A stretch of DNA of 64,000 nucleotides from Chitinophaga pinensis (lineage in GTDB: Bacteria; Bacteroidota; Bacteroidia; NS11-12g; UBA955). The stretch lies in assembly GCA_945888525.1 (NCBI GenBank), contig CAMDAF010000005.1, forward strand, positions 34,512 through 98,511, read 5' to 3'. Made by a program: the position numbers and the translations under genes. Position 1 is the stretch's first letter. Each line of letters starts with the position of its first letter. Shown here piece after piece: positions 55,721 through 64,000 of the stretch. A model generated the notes under the pieces. That model did not search any database. It worked only from the letters and a program-made list of their open reading frames with translations, and was not told the origin of the DNA.

Positions 55721-58342
55721 ATGGATCAAAACCCTGACGAAAACAATTTCGATCGAATTATACCGATTAACATCGAGGATGAAATGAAAACCGCATACAT
55801 CGATTATTCGATGTCGGTTATTGTGAGCAGAGCGCTGCCGGATGTAAGAGACGGATTAAAACCCGTACACCGAAGAGTTTTATTTGGAATGACGGAATTG
55901 GGTCTTGCACCCAACCGACCTTATAAAAAATCTGCGCGTATCGTAGGAGAGGTTTTAGGTAAGTACCATCCCCATGGTGATACTTCTGTATACGACACCA
56001 TGGTGCGTATGGCCCAAGATTGGAGTTTAAGATATTCAATGGTAGATGGCCAAGGTAACTTTGGTTCCATTGATGGAGATTCTCCAGCTGCAATGCGTTA
56101 CACCGAGGCAAGATTGAAAAAGATTGCCGAAGAAATGCTAAATGATCTTGAGAAAGACACTGTTGATTTTAGACCAAATTTTGACGATTCATTAAAAGAG
56201 CCAACGGTATTGCCTTCTAAAATACCTAATCTTTTGATAAATGGTGCTTCAGGTATTGCTGTGGGTATGGCAACCAACATGGCACCCCATAATTTAAGCG
56301 AATCTATAGATGCCATTGCTGCATACATAGACAACAGAGACATTACGATCTCTGAATTGATGCAGTTTATCAAAGGTCCGGATTTCCCAACTGGTGCTAT
56401 TATTCATGGCACTGACGGCATTCGCTCAGCTTTTGAAACTGGAAGGGGCAGAATCTTAATGCGCGGGAAAACTGAAATTGAAACCATGAGCAATGGAAAA
56501 GAAATGATTATTGTTACAGAGGTTCCATACCAAGTAATGCCAAGTCAGATTATAACCCGTGCAGTAGAATTGGTTCAAGAGAAAGTAATTGATGGGATAG
56601 TTGCGGTAAGAGATGAATCAGGAAGACAAGGTATGCGTTTGGTTTTTGAATTGCGCAAAGATGCAATTGCCAACGTAATTCTTAATCAATTGTATAAATA
56701 CACTTCACTGCAATCATCTTTCTCTGTTAATAATATTGCCTTGGTGCACGGCAGACCAGAAATGTTGAATCTAAAAGACATGATTCATCATTTTGTTGAG
56801 CACAGACATGAAATAGTTGTTCGCAGAACAAAATACGATTTAGCCGAAGCAAAAAAGCGTGCACACATTTTAGAAGGTTTGTTAATTGCCTTAGATAATT
56901 TAGATGCTGTAATTAATTTAATCAGAGGGTCTAAAAATCCAGATGAAGCAAAAGATGGTTTGATGGGTAATTTTGGCTTGACTGAAATCCAATCAAAAGC
57001 CATCTTGGATCTGCGTTTGCAGCGTTTAACTGGTCTTGAGCGTCAAAAGATTAAAGAAGAGTTCGACGAATTGATGAAACAAATTGCATATTTAGAATCT
57101 ATACTTAACGATGAGGCTTTAAGATACACTATTATTAAAGCTGAATTGCAAGAGATGAAAGAAAAATATGGAGATGAGAGAAAAACTTTAATTGAGCATA
57201 GTGCAGGTGAAATCGATATTGAAGATTTAATACCAAACGAAAAAGTTGTCATTACGATTTCACACATGGGTTACATCAAGCGCACAATTCTGAGCGAGTA
57301 CAAAGAGCAAAATAGGGGTGGAAGAGGCAATAGAGGTGTATCACATAGAGATGAAGATTTCGTTGAACATTTATTTGTAGCCAACACCCACAACTACATG
57401 TTGTTCTTTACCGAGCAGGGCAGATGTTTCTGGATGAAGGTATATGAATTCCCTGAAGGTGGCAAAACAACCAAAGGCAGAGCGATTCAAAATTTGATTG
57501 CAATACCGCCGGATGATAAAATTAAAGCATACCTTAATATTGAGAATTTAAAAGACCCAGAATATTTAGATGCCCATAACATTATTCTTTGCACCAAAAA
57601 AGGAATTATCAAAAAAACAACTTTAGAAGCATACTCAAGACCAAGATCTAATGGTATTAATGCCATAACAATTAGGGAGGGTGATGAATTATTGTCTGCC
57701 AAATTAACCAATGGTAATTGCGAAGTTATCATGGCAAAAAAATCAGGGAAGGCAATTCGTTTTAATGAAAAACTAGTTCGTCCTATGGGCAGAAATGCCA
57801 GTGGTGTAAAAGGCGTAACATTAGAATCTGAGAACGATGAAGTGATTGGTATGTTAACCATTGATGTTGAAAAATTGAAAGAGGCTACCGTTTTAGTGGT
57901 ATCTGAAAAAGGATATGGCAAACGTTCGTTCTTGGTCGATCCAGAAACAGGAGAGGATGAATACCGTGTTACAGGTAGAGGTGGTAAAGGTGTTAAAACA
58001 TTAAACATTACGGAGAAAACCGGTGATTTAATATCCATTAGCAGCGTAACCGATGAAGATGGGTTAATGATTATTAACAAGTCAGGTTTAACCATTAGAA
58101 TGCGTGTTGACAGCATGAGAACAATGGGTAGAGCAACGCAAGGCGTCAAATTAATCAATATTAAGAACAATGATGCCATTGCATCTGTTGCTGTCGTTCC
58201 AGTGGAGGAAGAGGAAGAAGAACTTGGCGAAAATATTGATTCTTTAGACACAGAAAATAGTATTCCAAGCGATGAATCAAATTCTCCTAATGATGATGTC
58301 ATTAACAATGAGGATGATGATAATGGCACAACTATTGATTAA
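55721..58342 (+). CDS. gyrA: DNA gyrase subunit A with acidic C-terminal tail
   Basis: [35 protein letters not shown], active-site [11 protein letters not shown]-terminal beta-pinwheel repeats. Tail [10 protein letters not shown]...[12 protein letters not shown]. Confidence 0.96.
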   Translation: MDQNPDENNFDRIIPINIEDEMKTAYIDYSMSVIVSRALPDVRDGLKPVHRRVLFGMTELGLAPNRPYKKSARIVGEVLGKYHPHGDTSVYDTMVRMAQDWSLRYSMVDGQGNFGSIDGDSPAAMRYTEARLKKIAEEMLNDLEKDTVDFRPNFDDSLKEPTVLPSKIPNLLINGASGIAVGMATNMAPHNLSESIDAIAAYIDNRDITISELMQFIKGPDFPTGAIIHGTDGIRSAFETGRGRILMRGKTEIETMSNGKEMIIVTEVPYQVMPSQIITRAVELVQEKVIDGIVAVRDESGRQGMRLVFELRKDAIANVILNQLYKYTSLQSSFSVNNIALVHGRPEMLNLKDMIHHFVEHRHEIVVRRTKYDLAEAKKRAHILEGLLIALDNLDAVINLIRGSKNPDEAKDGLMGNFGLTEIQSKAILDLRLQRLTGLERQKIKEEFDELMKQIAYLESILNDEALRYTIIKAELQEMKEKYGDERKTLIEHSAGEIDIEDLIPNEKVVITISHMGYIKRTILSEYKEQNRGGRGNRGVSHRDEDFVEHLFVANTHNYMLFFTEQGRCFWMKVYEFPEGGKTTKGRAIQNLIAIPPDDKIKAYLNIENLKDPEYLDAHNIILCTKKGIIKKTTLEAYSRPRSNGINAITIREGDELLSAKLTNGNCEVIMAKKSGKAIRFNEKLVRPMGRNASGVKGVTLESENDEVIGMLTIDVEKLKEATVLVVSEKGYGKRSFLVDPETGEDEYRVTGRGGKGVKTLNITEKTGDLISISSVTDEDGLMIINKSGLTIRMRVDSMRTMGRATQGVKLINIKNNDAIASVAVVPVEEEEEELGENIDSLDTENSIPSDESNSPNDDVINNEDDDNGTTID

Positions 58343-58365
58343 TTAAATTTAAAGCGAATCCATTT

Positions 58366-59691
58366 ATGTCAATGAAACAACAGTTATTAGCACCAATTTT
58401 ATCTTTGAGTCTGATTTGTTCAGTTACTCAAATCAATGCACAAGTTAAACTCCTTAAGGGCATCCGTGATAATATGATGGATGATCAAAATAAGGATGTT
58501 GCACTGGCAAAATATGAAATAGACAAGGTAATGTTGCACCCAGAGACTAAGGATATGTGTGCAGCATGGGCTTGGAAAGGCTTGGTTTATGCGGACATTG
58601 CGCTCTCTTCGGATTCAAGCATCTATAAATTAGATGAAAACCACAATGCAGCAGAATTATCTGCCGAAGCATTCTTGAAATTCTATTCTTGTTCAGATGA
58701 AGAACAAGAGAAAATCGATGCCAAAGTTGCTGCAGATGCATATCTTGTTAATGCAATTTCTGCCTGCTGGAATAAAGCTGTGTATGTGGGTCGTGAACCT
58801 GGTAAATACCTTGAAGTTAAGAAATTAATGGGGTATGTTGAAAGTTTATTGGTTTACGATAAAGAAGAAAAAGCCAAAACCAATAATGTAACAAGAGAGC
58901 AAGCCATATACGCAGTATGGAGATCGGCCTACGTTGATACCTTAGAAGATGAAGAAATTATATCGCTTGAGAAATTAATTGCTGTTCCAAATTATATGAA
59001 TTATGTTGTTTTTATTAGAATGGCCGAAATTTATAGCTCTAAAAAGCAATACGAAAAAGCCTTAGAATTCCTTGAAAAGGGTAAGACTAAAATTCCGCAA
59101 AAATCAAGTGATTTTCTTGACATGCAAATAAACATTGAAATTGAAAGAGAAAATATGTTAGCTTTATTGACTAAATTCAATGAAGCCATAGAATCAAACC
59201 CGGAAAATCCAGTTTATTACTTCTCAAGAGGCGTCGCTTATCATAAGTTAAAAACAGATGAAGTTAAAAATCAAGATCTAGCTGTTAAGAACAAAAGCAA
59301 AGTAGCCCCGTCAAAATATTCATTTGCTCAGGGTTTAAATGATTACCGCAAAGCATTAGAATTTGACAATGGATATGTCAATGCATCAAAAAACGAAGCC
59401 ATCTTGTTTTTTGACTCTGCTAATTATATCTATCGAATGCGTGCTAGGGTTTCTGCAAACGAGTACGAGAAATTCAATTCGTTATCAATTGTATTGTACA
59501 AGCAAGCATTACAAATGTTTGAGAGATTAAGAGAATCTGGTGCTTTAAAAGACCAAGATCTAATTGATGCGCTTAAAGATATGATCATGATTTGTAATAA
59601 AATTAGTGACAAGGAACATATTGATCTAAAAATAAAATATGAAGGATTGCTAAAGTCTGAGAAGAGGAAGCAAGAATCTTCTAATAAATAA
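58366..59691 (+). CDS. hypothetical exported helical-repeat (TPR-like) protein
   Basis: Signal LSLSLICSVTQINAQ. Helical repeats (YEKALEFLEKG, YFSRGVAYHKL, YRKALEFDNGY). Starts 23 nt after the gyrA stop. Confidence 0.55.
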   Translation: MSMKQQLLAPILSLSLICSVTQINAQVKLLKGIRDNMMDDQNKDVALAKYEIDKVMLHPETKDMCAAWAWKGLVYADIALSSDSSIYKLDENHNAAELSAEAFLKFYSCSDEEQEKIDAKVAADAYLVNAISACWNKAVYVGREPGKYLEVKKLMGYVESLLVYDKEEKAKTNNVTREQAIYAVWRSAYVDTLEDEEIISLEKLIAVPNYMNYVVFIRMAEIYSSKKQYEKALEFLEKGKTKIPQKSSDFLDMQINIEIERENMLALLTKFNEAIESNPENPVYYFSRGVAYHKLKTDEVKNQDLAVKNKSKVAPSKYSFAQGLNDYRKALEFDNGYVNASKNEAILFFDSANYIYRMRARVSANEYEKFNSLSIVLYKQALQMFERLRESGALKDQDLIDALKDMIMICNKISDKEHIDLKIKYEGLLKSEKRKQESSNK

Positions 59692-59697
59692 TGTGTT

Positions 59698-59720
59698 AAA
59701 GCCAAGTTAAGCTTGGCTTT
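59698..59720 (+). terminator. hairpin terminator candidate
   Basis: aaagccaag-ttaag-cttggcttt: 9-bp stem with only a weak T tract. Confidence 0.5.
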
Positions 59721-59825
59721 AATTATAATAACATTAGTTAACATAATATTAATTATAAGACAAAATGAACTTGCAATAAACTAAACGTCAATCGCTTGTA
59801 GATTCGTAAATCTAAGGCCTGGATC

Positions 59826-60281
59826 TTACAAGAAGCTCAAAACCTTGTAATGTTTAGAATTAAACATAAAGGAAAACCCAGGCTTAGATTTAATTAATTC
59901 TTTACCAATTGGTGATTGCAGTGAAATAGCAATGTATAAACTTCCGTCGATTGTAATTGGCTTTGAAAAAATAGAAAGAAAAAAAACACCTTGATCGGTG
60001 TGAACCAATGAGCCTAATCCGATGGTTTTTTGTAGCACATTAACTTTTATGCTTAAAAGAATTTTCTTTTGATTCAAAATATCCTTTAACTGTGCACTCA
60101 TTTTTTCCTGCTCCATTTGCATCATGCTCTTTGAAGTATCGTGCTTATCGCCTGCAGTGCTCTTTGTTTCATTTGCGGCTGAATCCTTATAAACATTGAA
60201 TTCCGACTGTAGAATATTGCTTTTATCGTTTACATGCAATAAACATAATTCCAATAGCTTTTTTTTTAGTTCTCTGGACAT
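59826..60281 (-). CDS. GreA/GreB C-terminal-domain-like protein (family often mislabelled 3-oxoacyl-ACP synthase), tentative
   Basis: 151 aa. The ETKSTAGDKHDTSKSMMQME segment and the GSLV...ISLQSPIGKELI pattern recall this Bacteroidota family. Assigned from memory, not from a search. Confidence 0.45.
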   Translation of the reverse strand: MSRELKKKLLELCLLHVNDKSNILQSEFNVYKDSAANETKSTAGDKHDTSKSMMQMEQEKMSAQLKDILNQKKILLSIKVNVLQKTIGLGSLVHTDQGVFFLSIFSKPITIDGSLYIAISLQSPIGKELIKSKPGFSFMFNSKHYKVLSFL

Positions 60282-60642
60282 TGTTAAATTTTAACCAATT
60301 TAAATACTTCTACTTTATCGCCAGTTTTGATTGAAAGCTTTACAATCTAATTCAAGGGTATATGATCGAATGGCTTGGCTAAACAGGATACTTTGGATGA
60401 ATAAGAGAGGGTATTTGTGTATTGCAAATTTATAGAAAAATGTTTGTAAACAGACGATAATTAGCCAATTTCATAAAACCACACTCGAATTATTGAAATA
60501 ACATAGAATAAAACTTGTACCGTGCATAATCAAATCAAAATGTCTGCTGTTTTGTTTGATTTTGCCAATAGAAAAATAAAGTATCATAATTGAAAAACGG
60601 CTTTTCTTTGTTGAAAACCGAAAAAATAAAAACACACAAGAC

Positions 60643-60679
60643 TCACTATATTAATTAATTACTTAAATTAATATAGTGA
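60643..60679. repeat. 13-bp perfect inverted repeat with 11-nt spacer in a long intergenic region
   Basis: tcactatattaat (60643..60655) and attaatatagtga (60667..60679). Lies about 55 nt upstream of the -7 box at 60734. Confidence 0.85.
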
Positions 60680-60733
60680 AAAATATGTACATAATAATTG
60701 AAAAAAATGGGAAAAATGATTTTTTTTTAATTG

Positions 60734-60741
60734 TATATTTG
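60734..60741 (+). promoter_or_regulatory. Bacteroidota -7 box (TATATTTG) for the DUF3127 gene
   Basis: Matches TAnnTTTG, 20 nt upstream of ATG 60761. Confidence 0.5.
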
Positions 60742-60760
60742 TCATTCAATCTTTATTACA

Positions 60761-61138
60761 ATGGAAATTACAGGAAGAATTATTCAGAAACTCGGTTTAC
60801 AAGAAGGAACCAGTGCAAAAGGTGCTTGGAAAAAGCAAGATTTCATAGTAGAAACTAGTGAAAAATTTCCAAAGAAAGTTTGTGTATCTGCATGGACAGA
60901 GAAAGTTGACGATTTAAGCAGATACAACATCAACGACGAAGTTAAACTATCTGTTAACTTAGAAAGCCGTGAATATAATGGCAGATGGTATACAGATGTT
61001 AGGTTTTGGAAAATTGAAACCGCAACTGGCACAGCTGCAGGAAATCCTGCTGAGGCAAACCAAACAAACTCTGTTCCTCCCGTTTTTGAAGACATGGGTT
61101 CTTCAAACAACGACAGCAATGACGATCTTCCATTTTAG
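60761..61138 (+). CDS. DUF3127-like (OB-fold-like) protein with acidic tail
   Basis: Start set at MEITGRIIQKLG.... GAWKKQDFIVET...CVSAW...REYNGRWYTDVRFWKIE matches my recollection of DUF3127. Tail ends DDLPF, like the C-terminal tip of SSB. Confidence 0.6.
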   Translation: MEITGRIIQKLGLQEGTSAKGAWKKQDFIVETSEKFPKKVCVSAWTEKVDDLSRYNINDEVKLSVNLESREYNGRWYTDVRFWKIETATGTAAGNPAEANQTNSVPPVFEDMGSSNNDSNDDLPF

Positions 61139-61148
61139 TTAGTCTCTT

Positions 61149-62219
61149 ATGGACAAAAAAAGTAATCTGTTTTTATACAATTACCTTAACAACACCTCTC
61201 CTACTGGATTTGAAACATCTGGTCAGAAAATATGGCTTGAGTATTTAAAGCCTTATATTGATGAGTATATAACAGACGCTTATGGTTCGGTGGCTGGAAT
61301 TATTAATCCTGGCAAGAAATACAAGGTGGTTATTGAAGCGCATGCTGACGAGATTTCTTGGTTTGTTAAGTTTATTAGTGAAGATGGGTATATTTATGTC
61401 ACTAGAAATGGCGGATCAGATCATATGATTGCGCCATCTATGCGTGTAAATATTCTAACTGAAAAAGGTCCCGTAAAAGGCATATTTGGATGGCCAGCAA
61501 TCCATGTTAGAACTTCTGAGAAGGAAATTACACCGAGTATGGACAATATTTTTATTGATGTTGGCTGCTCTAAGAAATCCGAAGTTGAAAAATTAGGAAT
61601 CCACGTTGGTTCTGTTGCTGTTTTTGAAGATGAGCTCATGGAATTAAATGAAAATTTTCTTTGTGGCAGAGCACTAGACAATCGAATTGGTGGGTATATG
61701 ATTGCGGAAGTTGCCAGAAAAATTAAAGAAAAAAAGAAGTCACTTCCATTTAGTTTGTATATCGTTAATGCAGTTCAAGAAGAAATTGGACTGAGAGGTG
61801 CAGAAATGATATCGAGAAAAATAAAACCGGATGTTGCAATTATCACTGATGTTTGCCACGACACCCATTCGCCATTATACGATAAGAAGAAGCAAGGCGA
61901 CCAAAAATGTGGCAACGGTCCCGTTCTAACTTATGGGCCAGCGGTACAAAATAATCTTTTAAAAATGATTATTGAAGTGGCAGACAAAAAGAAAATACGC
62001 TTTCAAAGAGCTGCTGTAAGTAGAAGTACAGGAACCGATACAGATAGTTTTGCATATAGCGGCGAAGGTGTTCCATCTGCCCTTATCTCATTGCCACTCA
62101 AATACATGCATACCACTGTTGAAACAGTTCACAAAGACGATTTAGAAAAAGTTATTGAATTGATGTACGAATTTATCATACAATTAAAATCTGGTCATGA
62201 TTTTAGATACATCAAATGA
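61149..62219 (+). CDS. M42 family metallopeptidase (glutamyl aminopeptidase/FrvX-like)
   Basis: HADEI, GRALDNRIGG, VQEEIGLRGA, ITDVCHDTH. 356 aa. Confidence 0.82.
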   Translation: MDKKSNLFLYNYLNNTSPTGFETSGQKIWLEYLKPYIDEYITDAYGSVAGIINPGKKYKVVIEAHADEISWFVKFISEDGYIYVTRNGGSDHMIAPSMRVNILTEKGPVKGIFGWPAIHVRTSEKEITPSMDNIFIDVGCSKKSEVEKLGIHVGSVAVFEDELMELNENFLCGRALDNRIGGYMIAEVARKIKEKKKSLPFSLYIVNAVQEEIGLRGAEMISRKIKPDVAIITDVCHDTHSPLYDKKKQGDQKCGNGPVLTYGPAVQNNLLKMIIEVADKKKIRFQRAAVSRSTGTDTDSFAYSGEGVPSALISLPLKYMHTTVETVHKDDLEKVIELMYEFIIQLKSGHDFRYIK

Positions 62220-62303
62220 TGAATGCCCATTGGCTTTATTTTTAGAATGAGCAAAACCCTTTTTGATTTTATCTTAACATCATTAAGAAAATAAATAAAG
62301 GCT

Positions 62304-63179
62304 ATGAAAATACTGGGTTCAATATTAAATATAATTGGCATTCAATTTTTATTATTGACTTCAAGACTCCCCCTGTCTATTTTATATATACTCTCGGACA
62401 TTATTTATATAGTATTTTACCGATTGATAAAATATAGGATAAAAATTGTACGCGAAAATCTTTTGAATTCTTTTCCTGATAAATCTGAATTAGAACGAGC
62501 GCTGATAGAAAAGAAATATTATAAGTATCTATGCGATTTATTGGTCGAATCAATTAAAGGGTTTACGATAAGTGAAAAGGAATTAAAAAAACGAATGACT
62601 TTTAATAATTTAGACTTAATTGATCAACTGTACAAAGATCAAAAAAGTGCTATAGTCATATTGGGACATTGTGGAAACTGGGAATGGGTATGTCGCTCAG
62701 GGCCACTGTTTATGAAAAACAGACTGGTTGGAGTTTATAAACCACTGACTAATAAATACTTTGATAAATTAATGAATCAAGCCAGAACTGCTTTTGGGGT
62801 CGAGCAAGTTCCAATGGCACAAATTGCCCGTTACATCATGGTTCAAAAGACCCCATTTTTGTTAATACTAATCGCTGACCAATCACCATCAGACAAAGAA
62901 TCATCCTATTGGTTGAATTTCCTAAATCAAGAAACGGCCGTACTTCCAGGAGCAGAAAAGATAGCAATAAAATTTAATTTGCCCGTCTATTTCACATATG
63001 TAAATAGTTACAAAAGAGGGTATTATAAATGCGAAACTAAACTGTTAGTTGAATCCAATAGCAAACCCAGTGATGGGTCCATAACTACCCAACACAGCCA
63101 AGAATTGGAGAAGCGAATTAATGAGAATCCTCACAACTGGTTATGGAGCCACCGGAGGTGGAAATTAAAAAAACATTAA
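62304..63179 (+). CDS. LpxL/HtrB-family lipid A (Kdo2-lipid IVA) late acyltransferase-like protein
   Basis: N-terminal membrane anchor, HX4(D/E)-type motif GHCGNWEW, C-terminal NPHNWLWSHRRWK typical of the family. Confidence 0.75.
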   Translation: MKILGSILNIIGIQFLLLTSRLPLSILYILSDIIYIVFYRLIKYRIKIVRENLLNSFPDKSELERALIEKKYYKYLCDLLVESIKGFTISEKELKKRMTFNNLDLIDQLYKDQKSAIVILGHCGNWEWVCRSGPLFMKNRLVGVYKPLTNKYFDKLMNQARTAFGVEQVPMAQIARYIMVQKTPFLLILIADQSPSDKESSYWLNFLNQETAVLPGAEKIAIKFNLPVYFTYVNSYKRGYYKCETKLLVESNSKPSDGSITTQHSQELEKRINENPHNWLWSHRRWKLKKH

Positions 63180-63278
63180 CCGTTCAAATATTAAACGAAT
63201 TTATCCATTGAAACTCAATAAAATATGCTTTTATTTTATTTTTTCAATTAAAGGATTTGCAGTGTCCAAAAACATTTT

Positions 63279-63286
63279 TATATTTG
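63279..63286 (+). promoter_or_regulatory. Bacteroidota -7 box (TATATTTG) for the ArsR-family gene
   Basis: Matches TAnnTTTG only 7 nt before ATG 63293, which implies a very short or absent leader. Confidence 0.45.
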
Positions 63287-63292
63287 CACGGT

Positions 63293-63631
63293 ATGGCAAT
63301 GAGTAAAAAATCACTTTTTGATGAGGCCGAAATAGACCTTAGCATAGTTTGTAAAGCGATGGGACATCCTGCTAGAATTAAAATAATTAAAATTTTACTA
63401 GCTAAAAATGACCAGACTTGCCAAGAGATCGTTGACAAACTGCCTCTAAGTCAATCAACTGTTTCTCAACACCTAAGTGAGCTTAGAAACGCCCAGTTAA
63501 TTAAAGGTAAAAACCATAAAACCAGCGTTATTTATAGCGTTGACAAAGATTACTTAGCGAAATCTCAAAAAATGTTAAGCGACCTATTCTACGCCCACAT
63601 TTTTAATGTTAAGCAAACCACCCTATTCTAG
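63293..63631 (+). CDS. ArsR/SmtB-family winged-HTH transcriptional regulator
   Basis: CKAMGHPARIKIIKILL...TCQEIVDKLPLSQSTVSQHLSELRNAQLI. ATG 63299 is an alternative start. Confidence 0.8.
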   Translation: MAMSKKSLFDEAEIDLSIVCKAMGHPARIKIIKILLAKNDQTCQEIVDKLPLSQSTVSQHLSELRNAQLIKGKNHKTSVIYSVDKDYLAKSQKMLSDLFYAHIFNVKQTTLF

Positions 63632-63633
63632 GT

Positions 63634-63975
63634 TTATTTTACCGATTCCAGATAGTTTCTAAAGTCAGCTACTAGACCCTCAAGTTCCTTACTTGTGCGT
63701 TCGATCTTATTTAAACGATTGATAGAATCGCTTTTAATGTTCTCAATAAATTGTCCTTTTTGAGATCTTAACATCTCTCCATGGCCAAATAATAGCCAAT
63801 CTGGGCTTATATCTTCAAAGTTTTTAAGTATTGTAATGATTAAATCAGTACTGGCTTTGTTTCTGCCTGAATTGATGTGTGACATTACGGCATTGGATAT
63901 TCCAACTTTGTTAGCAAACTCAATTCGGCTGAGTCCTGTGTAGTTGTATACCTCTATTATTCTGGTTTCTAACAT
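63634..63975 (-). CDS. XRE-family HTH transcriptional regulator with C-terminal coiled-coil-like tail
   Basis: HTH GLSRIEFANKVGISNAVMSHINSGRNKAS followed by SPDWLLFGHGEM, typical of small Bacteroidota HTH_3 proteins. Confidence 0.75.
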   Translation of the reverse strand: MLETRIIEVYNYTGLSRIEFANKVGISNAVMSHINSGRNKASTDLIITILKNFEDISPDWLLFGHGEMLRSQKGQFIENIKSDSINRLNKIERTSKELEGLVADFRNYLESVK

Positions 63976-64000
63976 ATTACATATCTTGTTTATAGGTGTT

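Noticed and set aside
57487-58329. 280-aa ORF antisense to the 3' third of gyrA
   Set aside because: It is S/L/P/T-rich low-complexity sequence, exactly complementary to the E/K/G/D-rich gyrA C-terminal domain and acidic tail, with no promoter or motif support. This is a shadow ORF of a strongly supported gene.
1-64000. Checked by eye for CRISPR arrays, tRNA/rRNA genes, IS elements, integrases and toxin-antitoxin or defence gene pairs
   Set aside because: I found no regularly spaced direct repeats, no cloverleaf-compatible intergenic sequence, no transposase or integrase motifs, and no recognisable defence modules. The ArsR/XRE regulator pair at 63293..63975 is convergent and lacks a toxin-like partner inside the window.

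Overview
AT-rich, tightly packed chromosomal window from a Bacteroidota genome, most likely a Flavobacteriia-type gliding bacterium. Lineage evidence: gldA-gldF-gldG and a GldB-like lipoprotein; three T9SS cargo proteins (one type-A CTD, two type-B 'gliding motility-associated' CTDs); and TAnnTTTG -7 promoter boxes upstream of many start codons. About 55 protein genes. Most are core housekeeping: kdsA, folD, queE, prfC, etfBA, nadE, dnaX, rpsP-rimM-trmD, gyrA, tsaC/sua5, leucine dehydrogenase, and aspartate aminotransferase. I found no rRNA, tRNA, CRISPR array, transposase or integrase, and no obvious defence island. This reads as core genome, not an accessory region. Items worth a second look: (1) dnaX is interrupted at an A10 run. 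The 0 frame stops after a gamma-sized product, and a -1 shift or one extra A reads straight into a tau-like C-terminal ORF. (2) A sequence with exact sigma54 -24/-12 spacing lies upstream of a T9SS type-B cargo gene, which is followed by an orphan NtrC-type activator. (3) A seven-CXXCH cytochrome c fused to TPR repeats sits directly behind a rhodanese. (4) Two diverged paralogous lipoproteins and an S8 subtilase form a translationally coupled operon. (5) Two GT-C-like polytopic membrane proteins have no assignable substrate. Functional calls rest on motifs I could read in the translations and on gene order. No database search was run.
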